From: an uncultured Candidatus Saccharibacteria bacterium
GTDB lineage: Bacteria > Patescibacteriota > Minisyncoccia > Phycocordibacterales > UBA2100
DNA length: 64,000 nucleotides
Assembly (NCBI GenBank): GCA_964623775.1
Contig: CAZUVH010000001.1
Coordinates: 284,784 to 348,783 of the forward strand
Direction: 5' to 3'
Under the pieces are notes generated by a model. It did not search any database and was not told the origin of the DNA. It saw only the letters and a program-made list of their open reading frames with translations. Of this stretch, positions 8,607 through 17,438 are shown piece after piece. Numbering within the stretch: position 1 is the first letter of the stretch; each line of letters opens with the position of its first letter. The position numbers and the translations under genes were made by a program.

Positions 8607-9578
8607 ATGAAAAACGATCTCTCAAAACATTTCTCGCAATTTCCCAAGAAGAGGGTACTCGTCATCGGTGATGTAATGCTCGATGAATACATCGGGGGTA
8701 CGGCGGATCGTATCTCACCGGAAGCGCCGATACCGGTGCTTTTGCAGAAAACTGTACGCTACATCCTCGGCGGTGCTGGCAATGTGGCCGCCAATGTCGC
8801 ATCGCTTGGCGGAAAGGTCACTTTGCTCGGCATTGTCGGTAATGACGCGCGGAGTAAGAAACTCAGAGAGCTCTCGCGCGAAAAAAAGATCCAGCCGAAG
8901 TTTGTGAATGACGCAAAACGACCGACCACCACCAAGATCCGCTTTGTGGTCGGTCATCATCAGCTCGTGCGCATGGACATTGAGGAGACCCGATCAATCA
9001 GCGGGGACCTTGAAAACCGCGTCATCAAGGCAATTCGAGCTCTGCCGAAGCACGACATTGTTATCGTCTCGGATTACGCAAAAGGATGTATCACGAAGAA
9101 AGTAATGGATGAATTGCGAAAGAAATTTGGGGCGTCGTCGATTCTCGCCGATATGAAACCCGCGAACGCGCATTTTTTCAAGAATATTCTTGCGATCACA
9201 CCTAATCTAAAAGAGGCAGCCGAACTCACGGGTATTCACGCCACGAATAATGCGCTTGCCGATCGCACCGCAAAATTACTGCAGGAAAGTTTCAATACAT
9301 CCATTATCCTCACGCGCGGTGAGCATGGAGTGACAGTTCTTGAGAAGACCGCAGACAAGCCAGTGCATTTTGGCGCGGAACTCCTCACGGTACGCGATGT
9401 GACTGGCGCGGGCGATACACTCGTCGCTGCGTTTGCGCTCATGTATTCGACAGGAGTTCCATTTGTCGAAGCGGCGGAAGCGGCCAATTTTGCAGCGGGG
9501 ATCGTGGTAGGTGTCGGCGGTACGCACGCGCTCACGAGAAAGGAGTTTCAAAAAAGTTATGATAACTTTACATCATAA
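8607..9578 (+). CDS. hldA: D-glycero-beta-D-manno-heptose 7-phosphate kinase (stand-alone HldE domain I, PfkB family)
   Basis: The N-terminal half is VLVIGDVMLDEYIGGTADRISPEAPIPVL…LGGAGNVAANVASLGGKVTLLGIVGND. The C-terminal PfkB motif is VTGAGDTLVAAFA. Confidence 0.85.
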   Translation: MKNDLSKHFSQFPKKRVLVIGDVMLDEYIGGTADRISPEAPIPVLLQKTVRYILGGAGNVAANVASLGGKVTLLGIVGNDARSKKLRELSREKKIQPKFVNDAKRPTTTKIRFVVGHHQLVRMDIEETRSISGDLENRVIKAIRALPKHDIVIVSDYAKGCITKKVMDELRKKFGASSILADMKPANAHFFKNILAITPNLKEAAELTGIHATNNALADRTAKLLQESFNTSIILTRGEHGVTVLEKTADKPVHFGAELLTVRDVTGAGDTLVAAFALMYSTGVPFVEAAEAANFAAGIVVGVGGTHALTRKEFQKSYDNFTS

Positions 9579-11380
9579 TGGAAGCGATACTCACCAAGCA
9601 TTTTTTTAAGCAGTTCAGTGCTCTTCTGCGCCTCGGCAAGAAGGCGTACGGCCCGTACAAGAAGCAGATTCTCATACTAACCGCACTCGGATTCATAGGA
9701 GGTATTTTCGAGAGTGTCGGTATCAGTGCTGCAATCCCGCTTCTCACATCCGTACTCGCGCTTCACAGTCCTGCATCCGACGTGCTCTCTGTTGCAATGC
9801 AGGGAGTATTTACGTTTCTTGGTGTGCCATTCGTTCCGAGAAATCTTCTCATATTCATCGTGCTGCTCTTCATTGCAAAATCACTGACCTCGCTCTATTT
9901 CAGCTACGTGCAGATCAAGATTACGACGGAATATGATCGCGAGATGCGTGCGCGCACTTTTAGCAGGGTACTGCGGGCGTCGTGGCCGTATTTGATAAAG
10001 CAAAAACTCGGCAATCTCGAGACGCTTCTCATGCTTGATGTTCCGATAAGTACGAGTCTTCTCGTTAAAGTCAGCGCGATGATCACGTTGATTTCAAGTG
10101 TCATCGTGTATTTCATTTTTGCATTCTCAATCTCAGGACTGATCACTGTCATTACATTTGTGATCGGCATTCTCATTTTCTTCTTCATGCGACCGATCAA
10201 TGATCGTGTCCATACGATGGCCAAAGATCGTGCGACCACATACCGAGATACGGTACACCACGTGTCAGAACACGTGAGCGGATTGAAGACCGTAAAGGCA
10301 ATGTACGTAGAGAATGCTGCGATACGTCATGGCGATACTTTGTTTGAGGCGATCAAAGATTACAACCAGCGAATTCAATTCCTCCAGCAGATTGCGGCTC
10401 AGGCAATCCCGCCGATCGGAGTCATCTATATAGGTCTGATTTTGTCACTCGCATTCAAGACACCGTTTATTTCCATCGCCGCATTGCCTGCGGTCCTCTA
10501 TCTCATCTATCGTATTTTCGCCTACATCCAGCAGATGCAAAATAACTTCCAATCGATAAGCGAATACATTCCACACCTTGAACGAGTTATTTACTACGAC
10601 AGTATGGCAGATGATACGCGAGAGGTCGTCTCTGGCTCGTCGCCCTTCTCGTTCTCGAAGGAGATATCTTTTGAGAATGTTTCTTTTTCGTACGATGGTG
10701 CAAAAAATGTTCTCGATAATGTGACTCTCTCAATCCCCAAGGGATCCATGGTCGGAATTGTGGGACCTTCCGGTGCCGGTAAGACCACGTGCGTCGACCT
10801 CATGCTTCGACTCCTCGAGCCCTCAAGTGGTTCAATAAAATTGGACGGTGTGCACAGTAGTGATATCGCTCTCAAGGACTGGCGCCGACACATCGCGTTC
10901 GTATCGCAAGATCTCTTTCTTATTCACGGCACCATAAGGGACAATATCCGCTTTTATGACGACACCATTACCGATGATGGTATCTGGAAGGCGGCGGAAA
11001 TGGCACGAATTGCTGATTTTATCCGCGAGTGTCCGGAAGGACTTGATACAGCTGTTGGCGATCGGGGCATCATGCTCTCCGCTGGCCAGCGTCAAAGAAT
11101 CGTCATCGCTCGGGCACTCGCGCGTCAACCTGAAGTCCTTATTCTCGACGAGGCGACGAGTGCGCTCGACAATGAATCTGAGGCGCACATCAAGCGTGTC
11201 ATTCAGGAATTGAAGGGCCAGCTTACCATCGTCGCGATCGCCCACAGGCTCTCGACGATCATGGATTCAGATCAGCTCATAGTCTTGCAGGATGGTCGTG
11301 TCGTCGAGACTGGCGCGCCAAAAGAGCTCCTTGGAAATACGAATTCGTATTTCTACAAGGTCTATACGATCGGCCAGTAG
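9578..11380 (+). CDS. ABC transporter, fused permease/ATP-binding exporter (MsbA/PglK-like)
   Basis: The N-terminal half has ~6 TM helices. The C-terminal half has Walker A GPSGAGKTT, the signature LSAGQRQRIVIARAL and Walker B ILILDEATSALD. Its ATG overlaps the hldA stop (TAATGG). Confidence 0.9.
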   Translation: MEAILTKHFFKQFSALLRLGKKAYGPYKKQILILTALGFIGGIFESVGISAAIPLLTSVLALHSPASDVLSVAMQGVFTFLGVPFVPRNLLIFIVLLFIAKSLTSLYFSYVQIKITTEYDREMRARTFSRVLRASWPYLIKQKLGNLETLLMLDVPISTSLLVKVSAMITLISSVIVYFIFAFSISGLITVITFVIGILIFFFMRPINDRVHTMAKDRATTYRDTVHHVSEHVSGLKTVKAMYVENAAIRHGDTLFEAIKDYNQRIQFLQQIAAQAIPPIGVIYIGLILSLAFKTPFISIAALPAVLYLIYRIFAYIQQMQNNFQSISEYIPHLERVIYYDSMADDTREVVSGSSPFSFSKEISFENVSFSYDGAKNVLDNVTLSIPKGSMVGIVGPSGAGKTTCVDLMLRLLEPSSGSIKLDGVHSSDIALKDWRRHIAFVSQDLFLIHGTIRDNIRFYDDTITDDGIWKAAEMARIADFIRECPEGLDTAVGDRGIMLSAGQRQRIVIARALARQPEVLILDEATSALDNESEAHIKRVIQELKGQLTIVAIAHRLSTIMDSDQLIVLQDGRVVETGAPKELLGNTNSYFYKVYTIGQ

Positions 11381-11404
11381 CTCGCTAGGGGAGGATGCTA
11401 TACT

Positions 11405-12049
11405 ATGACCCTCATGAGGTCTCCTTTTGTGACTATCATCGACTACGGCATGGGTAACGTCGGATCAGTACGCAATGCCCTCGAAGCGCTCGGGGCCAAG
11501 GTAAAAATATCGTCCACTCGGGAGGATATTGAGGGCGCGACGCATCTCGTCTTGCCCGGCGTCGGCTCCTTCACGGAAGGAATGAAAAACTTGGAAAAGA
11601 GCGGCGCAATCCAACCATTAACGGAAGCTGTTATCCGGGATAAAAAACCGATTCTTGGCCTTTGTCTTGGGATGCAGATGCTTGCTGAGACGGGTCAGGA
11701 AGGTGGCACCACAAAAGGCTTGGGGTGGGTCAAGGGTGTTGTGAAGCGTCTTGATGTGGATGAAGCCAGATTCCATGTACCACACATCGGGTGGAATGAC
11801 GTCGAGGCGAAATCAACATCTGTCTTGCTCGCAGGTATTAAGCGCACGATCTTTTATTTTGTGCATAGCTATTGTTTCTTTGCTGCAAGCGACACTGTTG
11901 TTGCTGGCACGACGGAGTACGGAGAAAAATTTGCCACAGTCGTCGAGCAAGGCAATATTTTTGGTGTCCAGTTTCATCCTGAGAAGAGCCAGGAGGATGG
12001 ACTGTCGCTCCTGAAGAATTTTTTACGGGTTAGCAACGCTGTGGTATGA
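11405..12049 (+). CDS. HisH-like glutamine amidotransferase (imidazole glycerol phosphate synthase subunit H homolog, WbuY/PseA-partner type)
   Basis: The sequence is IIDYGMGNVGSVRNALEALGA…LPGVGSF…LGLCLGMQML…VQFHPEKS. The 3' end overlaps the next gene. Confidence 0.85.
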   Translation: MTLMRSPFVTIIDYGMGNVGSVRNALEALGAKVKISSTREDIEGATHLVLPGVGSFTEGMKNLEKSGAIQPLTEAVIRDKKPILGLCLGMQMLAETGQEGGTTKGLGWVKGVVKRLDVDEARFHVPHIGWNDVEAKSTSVLLAGIKRTIFYFVHSYCFFAASDTVVAGTTEYGEKFATVVEQGNIFGVQFHPEKSQEDGLSLLKNFLRVSNAVV

Positions 12050-13224
12050 AAAAAAATTTCGATCACACGCGCATTCTCAATAATCTCAGGCGCTGCACGC
12101 GCTGTACGCTTCCCGAAACGCACGAGACTATTCAGTTCGATGAAGAGGGTGTGTGCAACATTTGTCACAATGCTACGTACAAGAAGGAGAAGGTGGACTG
12201 GAAGCATCGTCGGAATGAACTCGAGAAATTGGTTGAGCAACACCGAGGTAAAGGCGATTATGACTGCCTCGTCCCTTTCAGTGGTGGCAAGGATTCTACA
12301 TTCACACTCTGGTATATCGTGCGGGAGCTCGGATTGAAGCCGCTTGTCGCCAGCTTCGATCACGGTTTCTATAGGCCTGGCACACTCGAGAACAATGAGC
12401 GGACGATGCGCAAACTCGGTGTTGATTTCATAAAATTTCGCACCGATTGGCGCATAGTGCGCAAACTCATGCTCGAGTCACTTCGACGAAAGGGTGATTT
12501 TGATTGGCACGCTCATGTGGGCACTTTCGTATTTCCCTTACAGGTGGCCGTAAAGTACCAGATCCCCCTTATTTTCAAGGGAGAGCCGACCTCGGAATAT
12601 ACGGCGTATTCTTCTTACGAGGAGATTGAAGAACAGGATGTGAAGAAACACCACCAGATCAATGATCTAGGTATCGCCGCAGAAGATATGGCGGGGTTCT
12701 TGAAAAAAGACGGCGTTACGCTTCGAGATCTAAAGGCGTACATCTACCCTGGGGCACGCGAAGTGCGGGCGCTCGGAGTACGTCAGGTGCCTCTCGGCTC
12801 GTTCATTCCATGGGATGTGCAATCAAATTACGAGATTATTCATCGCGAACTTGACTGGCAAGGGGCGCGGGTTGAAGGCGTGCCGCCGCAATATCCTTAC
12901 GAGAAGGTCGAATACCAGCTGCAAGGACAGCGCGACTACATCAAATTCATCAAGCGCGGATACGCCCGCACGACGCACCTCACGAGCATCGATATCCGCA
13001 ATGGTCGCATGACCCGCGAAGAAGCGGTGAAGCTCATAGAAAAGTACGAGGGTAAGCGGCCGCAGAGTCTGCCGTATCTCCTAAAAATACTTGGGATCGA
13101 CGAGAAGGAATGGCGGGAGATCGCCGTGACGCAAGCCATCCCTCCGTATGTGCACGATTTCTCAAAAGAACAGGATGACGAAGTGCTTCCGGATATGGCG
13201 CAGTGGGAGCAAAATCCGGACTAA
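12046..13224 (+). CDS. N-acetyl sugar amidotransferase (WbuX/PseA-like, PP-loop ATPase; TIGR03573-type)
   Basis: A Cys-rich N-terminus (CTRCTLPETHE…GVCNICHN) is followed by the PP-loop FSGGKDST. It is paired with HisH/HisF homologs. Confidence 0.8.
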   Translation: MKKNFDHTRILNNLRRCTRCTLPETHETIQFDEEGVCNICHNATYKKEKVDWKHRRNELEKLVEQHRGKGDYDCLVPFSGGKDSTFTLWYIVRELGLKPLVASFDHGFYRPGTLENNERTMRKLGVDFIKFRTDWRIVRKLMLESLRRKGDFDWHAHVGTFVFPLQVAVKYQIPLIFKGEPTSEYTAYSSYEEIEEQDVKKHHQINDLGIAAEDMAGFLKKDGVTLRDLKAYIYPGAREVRALGVRQVPLGSFIPWDVQSNYEIIHRELDWQGARVEGVPPQYPYEKVEYQLQGQRDYIKFIKRGYARTTHLTSIDIRNGRMTREEAVKLIEKYEGKRPQSLPYLLKILGIDEKEWREIAVTQAIPPYVHDFSKEQDDEVLPDMAQWEQNPD

Positions 13225-13254
13225 ATATGCCCCAACACACGAAATGACCTTGTT

Positions 13255-13524
13255 ATGTTCTACGTATACATATTGAAAAGCCGCAAAGATGAAAAATTGT
13301 ACATTGGATACACCAGTGATTTGAAGCGGCGTGTTTCCGAACATAACGAAGGTCAGAACATCTCCACAAAACCCAGACGACCGCTCGATTTGCTATATTA
13401 CGAGGCATACATGTCTCAGGCAGATGCAAAAAAGCGCGAATTTAATCTGAAGAATTCTGCCGGTGCCAAAACTGCACTTAAACGTCGATTACCAGCAAGC
13501 CTGAGACTAGGTCATTTCGTGTGA
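13255..13524 (+). CDS. GIY-YIG nuclease family small protein
   Basis: The sequence MFYVYILKSRKDEKLYIGYTSDLKRRVSEHNEG is a canonical GIY-YIG motif. The 89-aa ORF is wedged between the amidotransferase and the HisF-like gene. Its stop overlaps the next start region. Confidence 0.8.
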   Translation: MFYVYILKSRKDEKLYIGYTSDLKRRVSEHNEGQNISTKPRRPLDLLYYEAYMSQADAKKREFNLKNSAGAKTALKRRLPASLRLGHFV

Positions 13525-13529
13525 GGGGT

Positions 13530-14300
13530 ATGCTCAAAGTGCGCGTCATTCCCGTGCTACTTCTCAAAGACGAGCGCCTGGTCAAGCCGATTAAGTTCGG
13601 CGAAGGTGGCGAGCGCGATGTCGGATGGCCCGTTACCACTGCCCGTATCTACAACTCCCAGGATGCTGACGAGCTCATTTTTCTTGATGTCGAGGCATCT
13701 ATGCACGGCCGAGAATTTCTCGCGTCGACATTGCGAGAGATCGCCTCGGATTGCTTCGTGCCAATTACCGCAGGTGGCGGTATTCGATCCTTGAAGGCGA
13801 TTCAGGACGTGCTTTCGCTTGGGGCGGACAAGGTATCAATAAATGCCTATGCCGTCGAGAACCCCGCTTTCATTACGGAAGCTTCAGAGCGTTTCGGCGC
13901 GCAATGTATCGTGGTCTCAATTGACGTACGAAAAAAAGTGGATGGTTCTTGCGAGGTTTTCACGCATCGCGGCACTGTCCCGACAGGTCTCGAGCCCGTC
14001 GAGTGGGCAAAGCGTGTCGCTGAGCTCGGTGCAGGGGAGATATTATTAACGTCGATCGATCGAGAGGGCACTCTATCGGGGTACGATCTTGAGCTTACTC
14101 GCCTCGTATCGGAATCGGTGCGCATCCCTGTCATAGCGCACGGTGGTGCCGGGACCAGACAGCATTTTGTCGATGCTGTGCAGCAGGCAGGGGTTTCAGC
14201 TGTAGCCGGGGCGTCCATTTTCCACTTCTCGGATTCGAATCTTTCACAGGTAAAGTCGTTTATGTATAATGCCGGCCTTCCTGTACGGCCCGTTGTATGA
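13530..14300 (+). CDS. HisF-like cyclase subunit homolog (WbuZ type)
   Basis: The sequence is MLKVRVIPVLLLKDERLVK…DELIFLDV…ITAGGGIRS…SIDREGTLSGYDLEL…IAHGGAG. ATG 13530 is preferred over GTG 13521. Confidence 0.85.
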   Translation: MLKVRVIPVLLLKDERLVKPIKFGEGGERDVGWPVTTARIYNSQDADELIFLDVEASMHGREFLASTLREIASDCFVPITAGGGIRSLKAIQDVLSLGADKVSINAYAVENPAFITEASERFGAQCIVVSIDVRKKVDGSCEVFTHRGTVPTGLEPVEWAKRVAELGAGEILLTSIDREGTLSGYDLELTRLVSESVRIPVIAHGGAGTRQHFVDAVQQAGVSAVAGASIFHFSDSNLSQVKSFMYNAGLPVRPVV

Positions 14301-14848
14301 CAAAAAAGATTCCTGCAAAAATACTTAGAGGCGAAAAGTGTTCGATTCGTCCTATCGCTTTGTCTGATGTCACCTCAAAGTATGTGCGGTGGCTGAACGA
14401 CAAAGAGGTCAATCAGTATCTTGAAAGCCGATTTTCTCGCGCGACGCTTCCTGGAGTGCGTGCGTACATCAAAAAGGCGATCAAGGATTCGGACACGTAC
14501 TTATTTGCGATTATCGATTCAAAAACAGGTGAACATATAGGCAACATCAAACTTGGCCCAGTCAATCTGCACCACCAATGCGCAGAGATCGGTTTTTTCA
14601 TCGGTGAGAAAAGCTTCTGGGGGAAGGGCTATGCGAGTGAGGCGATCCGACTTATTGAGCAATTTGCCTTTAACGATTTGAAGCTGCATAAACTTACCGC
14701 TGGTGCATATGCCAACAATATCGGGTCAGTGAAACTTCTTGAGAAATGTGGATTTAAAAAGGAGGGTGTCATGAAAGACAACTGTTTCTTTGAGGGCGGA
14801 TTTGTCGATGGTATTCGATTCGGTAAACTTAGTGGACGTAAGATATGA
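14297..14848 (+). CDS. GNAT family N-acetyltransferase (RimJ/RimL-like)
   Basis: The GNAT core is IDSKTGEHIGNIKLGPV…GFFIGEKSFWGKGYASEAIRLIEQFAFNDLKLHKL. Confidence 0.75.
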   Translation: MTKKIPAKILRGEKCSIRPIALSDVTSKYVRWLNDKEVNQYLESRFSRATLPGVRAYIKKAIKDSDTYLFAIIDSKTGEHIGNIKLGPVNLHHQCAEIGFFIGEKSFWGKGYASEAIRLIEQFAFNDLKLHKLTAGAYANNIGSVKLLEKCGFKKEGVMKDNCFFEGGFVDGIRFGKLSGRKI

Positions 14849-16272
14849 AAATAGCGCTATTGTGGACTACACCGGATGAAAAAATAAAAGTGGTACTTGA
14901 CGCGTTCAAAGATGCGGGTCATGAAGTAGTCTACTGGGTTGCTTTCGATGAAAACAAACATCTCATCCCAAATGGCGCAATATTTCATAATCATTTTGAT
15001 GCACTCTCTGCACTTCCTGCAGACAGTTTCAAGAATACAAAGTTCGACCCGCCTTCGGCGGGGTTGATTAAAAAAATGTATCGCACTGAGTCCCTCACGC
15101 TCTCCATGATGAATAAGCATTACAAAGATGCGCCAGTTGACGAGCGACGGCATGTGTACTACACAATGCTTTCGTATTGGAATCGCGTTCTCGACGAGAC
15201 CAAACCCGACGTGGTTATCTTTGGGATCATCCCGCACACGATTTACAATTTTGTTCTTCACGAACTCGCGCTCGAAAAGGGAATCAAGACCGTAAGTTTT
15301 GAGGATATCTGGGTAATTCACAGGACTCTCGTATTTCGTAATTTTTGGAAGGGCAGTGAGGAGTTGCAGGAGGTAATAAAAAGAACGGCAAATAAGCCTA
15401 TTTCTGAAAAAGATTTGAGCGAAGAAATGCGCGAGTATTGGGGCAGCCTGGTCGGTAAAACGCCATATGTCGAGCAGCCGTTCATTGCATTACAGCGCAG
15501 GATGGGCGCTGGCTTGGGCTTATTAGCGCATCGCCTTAAAGTCGCTTTGAGAACTCTTGCTAACGGCACTTTTTTTAAATTTGTGTGGGGTTTTGTTTTG
15601 CGAGTCGGGAAACCAAATCTCATTAGGGAATATGCGCACCATATTACAGAAGTTGATTGGGATACTCCTTTTGTATATTTTCCGCTGCACTATCAGCCGG
15701 AGCGCACGACAATGCCGCAAGGAGACATGTATCACGACCAGTTGCTCGTCATTGAAACTCTCTCCGCTTCGCTGCCGGATGGATGGAAAATCTATGTGAA
15801 AGAGCATCCGATGCAATGGTTGATCAGCAACAAGGAACGATATTCTTCATCGCGTTATCGCGGGTATTACGAGAGAATTGCGGCGATACCTAATGTGCTG
15901 CTCGCACCACTTTCTACAGATTCTTTTACACTCATCGAACGCTCAAAAACTGTTGCGGCAATCACCGGAACTGCTGGCTGGGAGGCACTCTCCAAAGGCA
16001 AGTGCACACTCCTTTTTGGTATGCCATGGTATCGCGATTGTCCGGGCGTGTATCGTATCGACTCAGTAGAGTCGTGCAAAAAAGCTCTCGGGGCCATCAA
16101 GGGTGGCGCTCAAGCCGCAAAAGGAGATCTGTTGCGATTTTTGAAGGCATACGATGAGGTTAGTGTACGTGCCTACATCGAACCACCTCTCGAAGATAAG
16201 CCCCTCATCGATGCTGACGAAAACATCCGGATTCTGGCGAAGTACGCGTGCGATTTTCTTAAGAAACTCTGA
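14845..16272 (+). CDS. KpsS/KpsC-like capsule-polysaccharide-synthesis family protein (Capsule_synth/GT107-like), putative CMP-nonulosonate transferase
   Basis: Motifs align to E. coli KpsS: FVYFPLHYQPERT (cf. LAVLQVYNDSQ), IYVKEHPMQ (cf. VIKHHPMD) and VAAITGTAGWEAL (cf. VVTINSTAGISAL). The start uses an ATGA overlap. Confidence 0.6.
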   Translation: MKIALLWTTPDEKIKVVLDAFKDAGHEVVYWVAFDENKHLIPNGAIFHNHFDALSALPADSFKNTKFDPPSAGLIKKMYRTESLTLSMMNKHYKDAPVDERRHVYYTMLSYWNRVLDETKPDVVIFGIIPHTIYNFVLHELALEKGIKTVSFEDIWVIHRTLVFRNFWKGSEELQEVIKRTANKPISEKDLSEEMREYWGSLVGKTPYVEQPFIALQRRMGAGLGLLAHRLKVALRTLANGTFFKFVWGFVLRVGKPNLIREYAHHITEVDWDTPFVYFPLHYQPERTTMPQGDMYHDQLLVIETLSASLPDGWKIYVKEHPMQWLISNKERYSSSRYRGYYERIAAIPNVLLAPLSTDSFTLIERSKTVAAITGTAGWEALSKGKCTLLFGMPWYRDCPGVYRIDSVESCKKALGAIKGGAQAAKGDLLRFLKAYDEVSVRAYIEPPLEDKPLIDADENIRILAKYACDFLKKL

Positions 16273-16292
16273 TCGTTTGTTAAGATGCAGCA

Positions 16293-17438
16293 ATGATCCT
16301 TTACGAATTCGAGGGAAAGGGAATATTAGAAAAAGCGGGGGTCAGTGTACCTCGGTCGCAGCTTCTTACTTCGTCCGATGAGCGAATCACACTACTATTC
16401 CCGGCCGTTCTAAAGGCGCAGGTACTCTCGGGGAAAAGAGCTGTTGCGGGGGGGATTGTGATCGTCGCCAACGCAGCTGACGCGAAGAAATCTCTTGCAG
16501 AAATGTTTGGCAAGACAATTAATAATGAGAAAGTCGAAAAGATTCTTGTCGAGGAGAGGGTGGATATCGATAAGGAATTCTACGTTTCAATTTCCTACGA
16601 CACTGACACAAGGTCGCCGATACTTTCGATATCAGAATCCGGCGGGACGGGAATCGAGGAAAGGGGTGTTACCGTTGCCCCTATTGATATTCTCGAGAGG
16701 AGTGTCAAATCCGACATCATTGACGGTAAGGTACTAGAGGCTCTTATCGAGACCTTTTTTTCGTCGGACTGCACACTTCTTGAAGTCAATCCGCTCGTGC
16801 GCACCAAAAGTGGTGCTTGGGTTGCGCTTGATGCGAAAATTAAACTTGATGACGAAGCAAAAGCTCGTCATAAGGATTGGACCTATCCACTGAGATTTCC
16901 CTCGGGGAGGACACCGACTCCGCGTGAGATCGATGCAAAAAAAATTGACGATGGCGATTATCGCGGTACAGCAGGGTCCGCGTATTTTGATTTAGATGGC
17001 GACATTGCCATCTTGTCGTCGGGGGGTGGAGTATCACTGACGGCCATGGACGCTCTCATTGCTGTAGGAGGTAAGCCTGCCAACTTTACGGAGTACTCCG
17101 GGAATCCGCCCAAGGAAAAAGTAGTGAAGCTTACGAAAATCGTGCTCTCAAAACCGAATATACGAGGTTTGTGGGTAGTCGGGACTGTCGCTGCAAATTT
17201 CACCGACATTTTCGAGACGCTGTCGGGATTAATCGAAGGATTGCGCGAAGCAGAAAAGGAATTGGGAAAAAAATTCGATTTCCCGATCGTCATCAGACGC
17301 GGCGGACCGCGGGATAAAGAAGCGTTTGAAATGCTACGACAGGTGAAGGATTTCAATCTGATACTTCAGGGGGAAGAAGTTTCCATCGCACAATCAGCGA
17401 GCGTCGTTTACCGTTTAACGAGATCGAGCACGGTATGA
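16293..17438 (+). CDS. succinyl-CoA synthetase beta-subunit-like ATP-grasp protein (ATP-citrate lyase/citryl-CoA synthetase large-subunit type)
   Basis: Conserved motifs are EVNPLV and SGGGVSLTAMD. GGKPANFTEYSG parallels E. coli SucC GGEPANFLDVGG. Confidence 0.8.
   Translation: MILYEFEGKGILEKAGVSVPRSQLLTSSDERITLLFPAVLKAQVLSGKRAVAGGIVIVANAADAKKSLAEMFGKTINNEKVEKILVEERVDIDKEFYVSISYDTDTRSPILSISESGGTGIEERGVTVAPIDILERSVKSDIIDGKVLEALIETFFSSDCTLLEVNPLVRTKSGAWVALDAKIKLDDEAKARHKDWTYPLRFPSGRTPTPREIDAKKIDDGDYRGTAGSAYFDLDGDIAILSSGGGVSLTAMDALIAVGGKPANFTEYSGNPPKEKVVKLTKIVLSKPNIRGLWVVGTVAANFTDIFETLSGLIEGLREAEKELGKKFDFPIVIRRGGPRDKEAFEMLRQVKDFNLILQGEEVSIAQSASVVYRLTRSSTV

Noticed and set aside
11405-14300. Interpreting the HisH/HisF homologs as histidine biosynthesis genes
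   Set aside because: They are not accompanied by hisA/hisB/hisD/hisG. They are present twice and are each paired with a WbuX/PseA-like amidotransferase, the known sugar-amidination arrangement.
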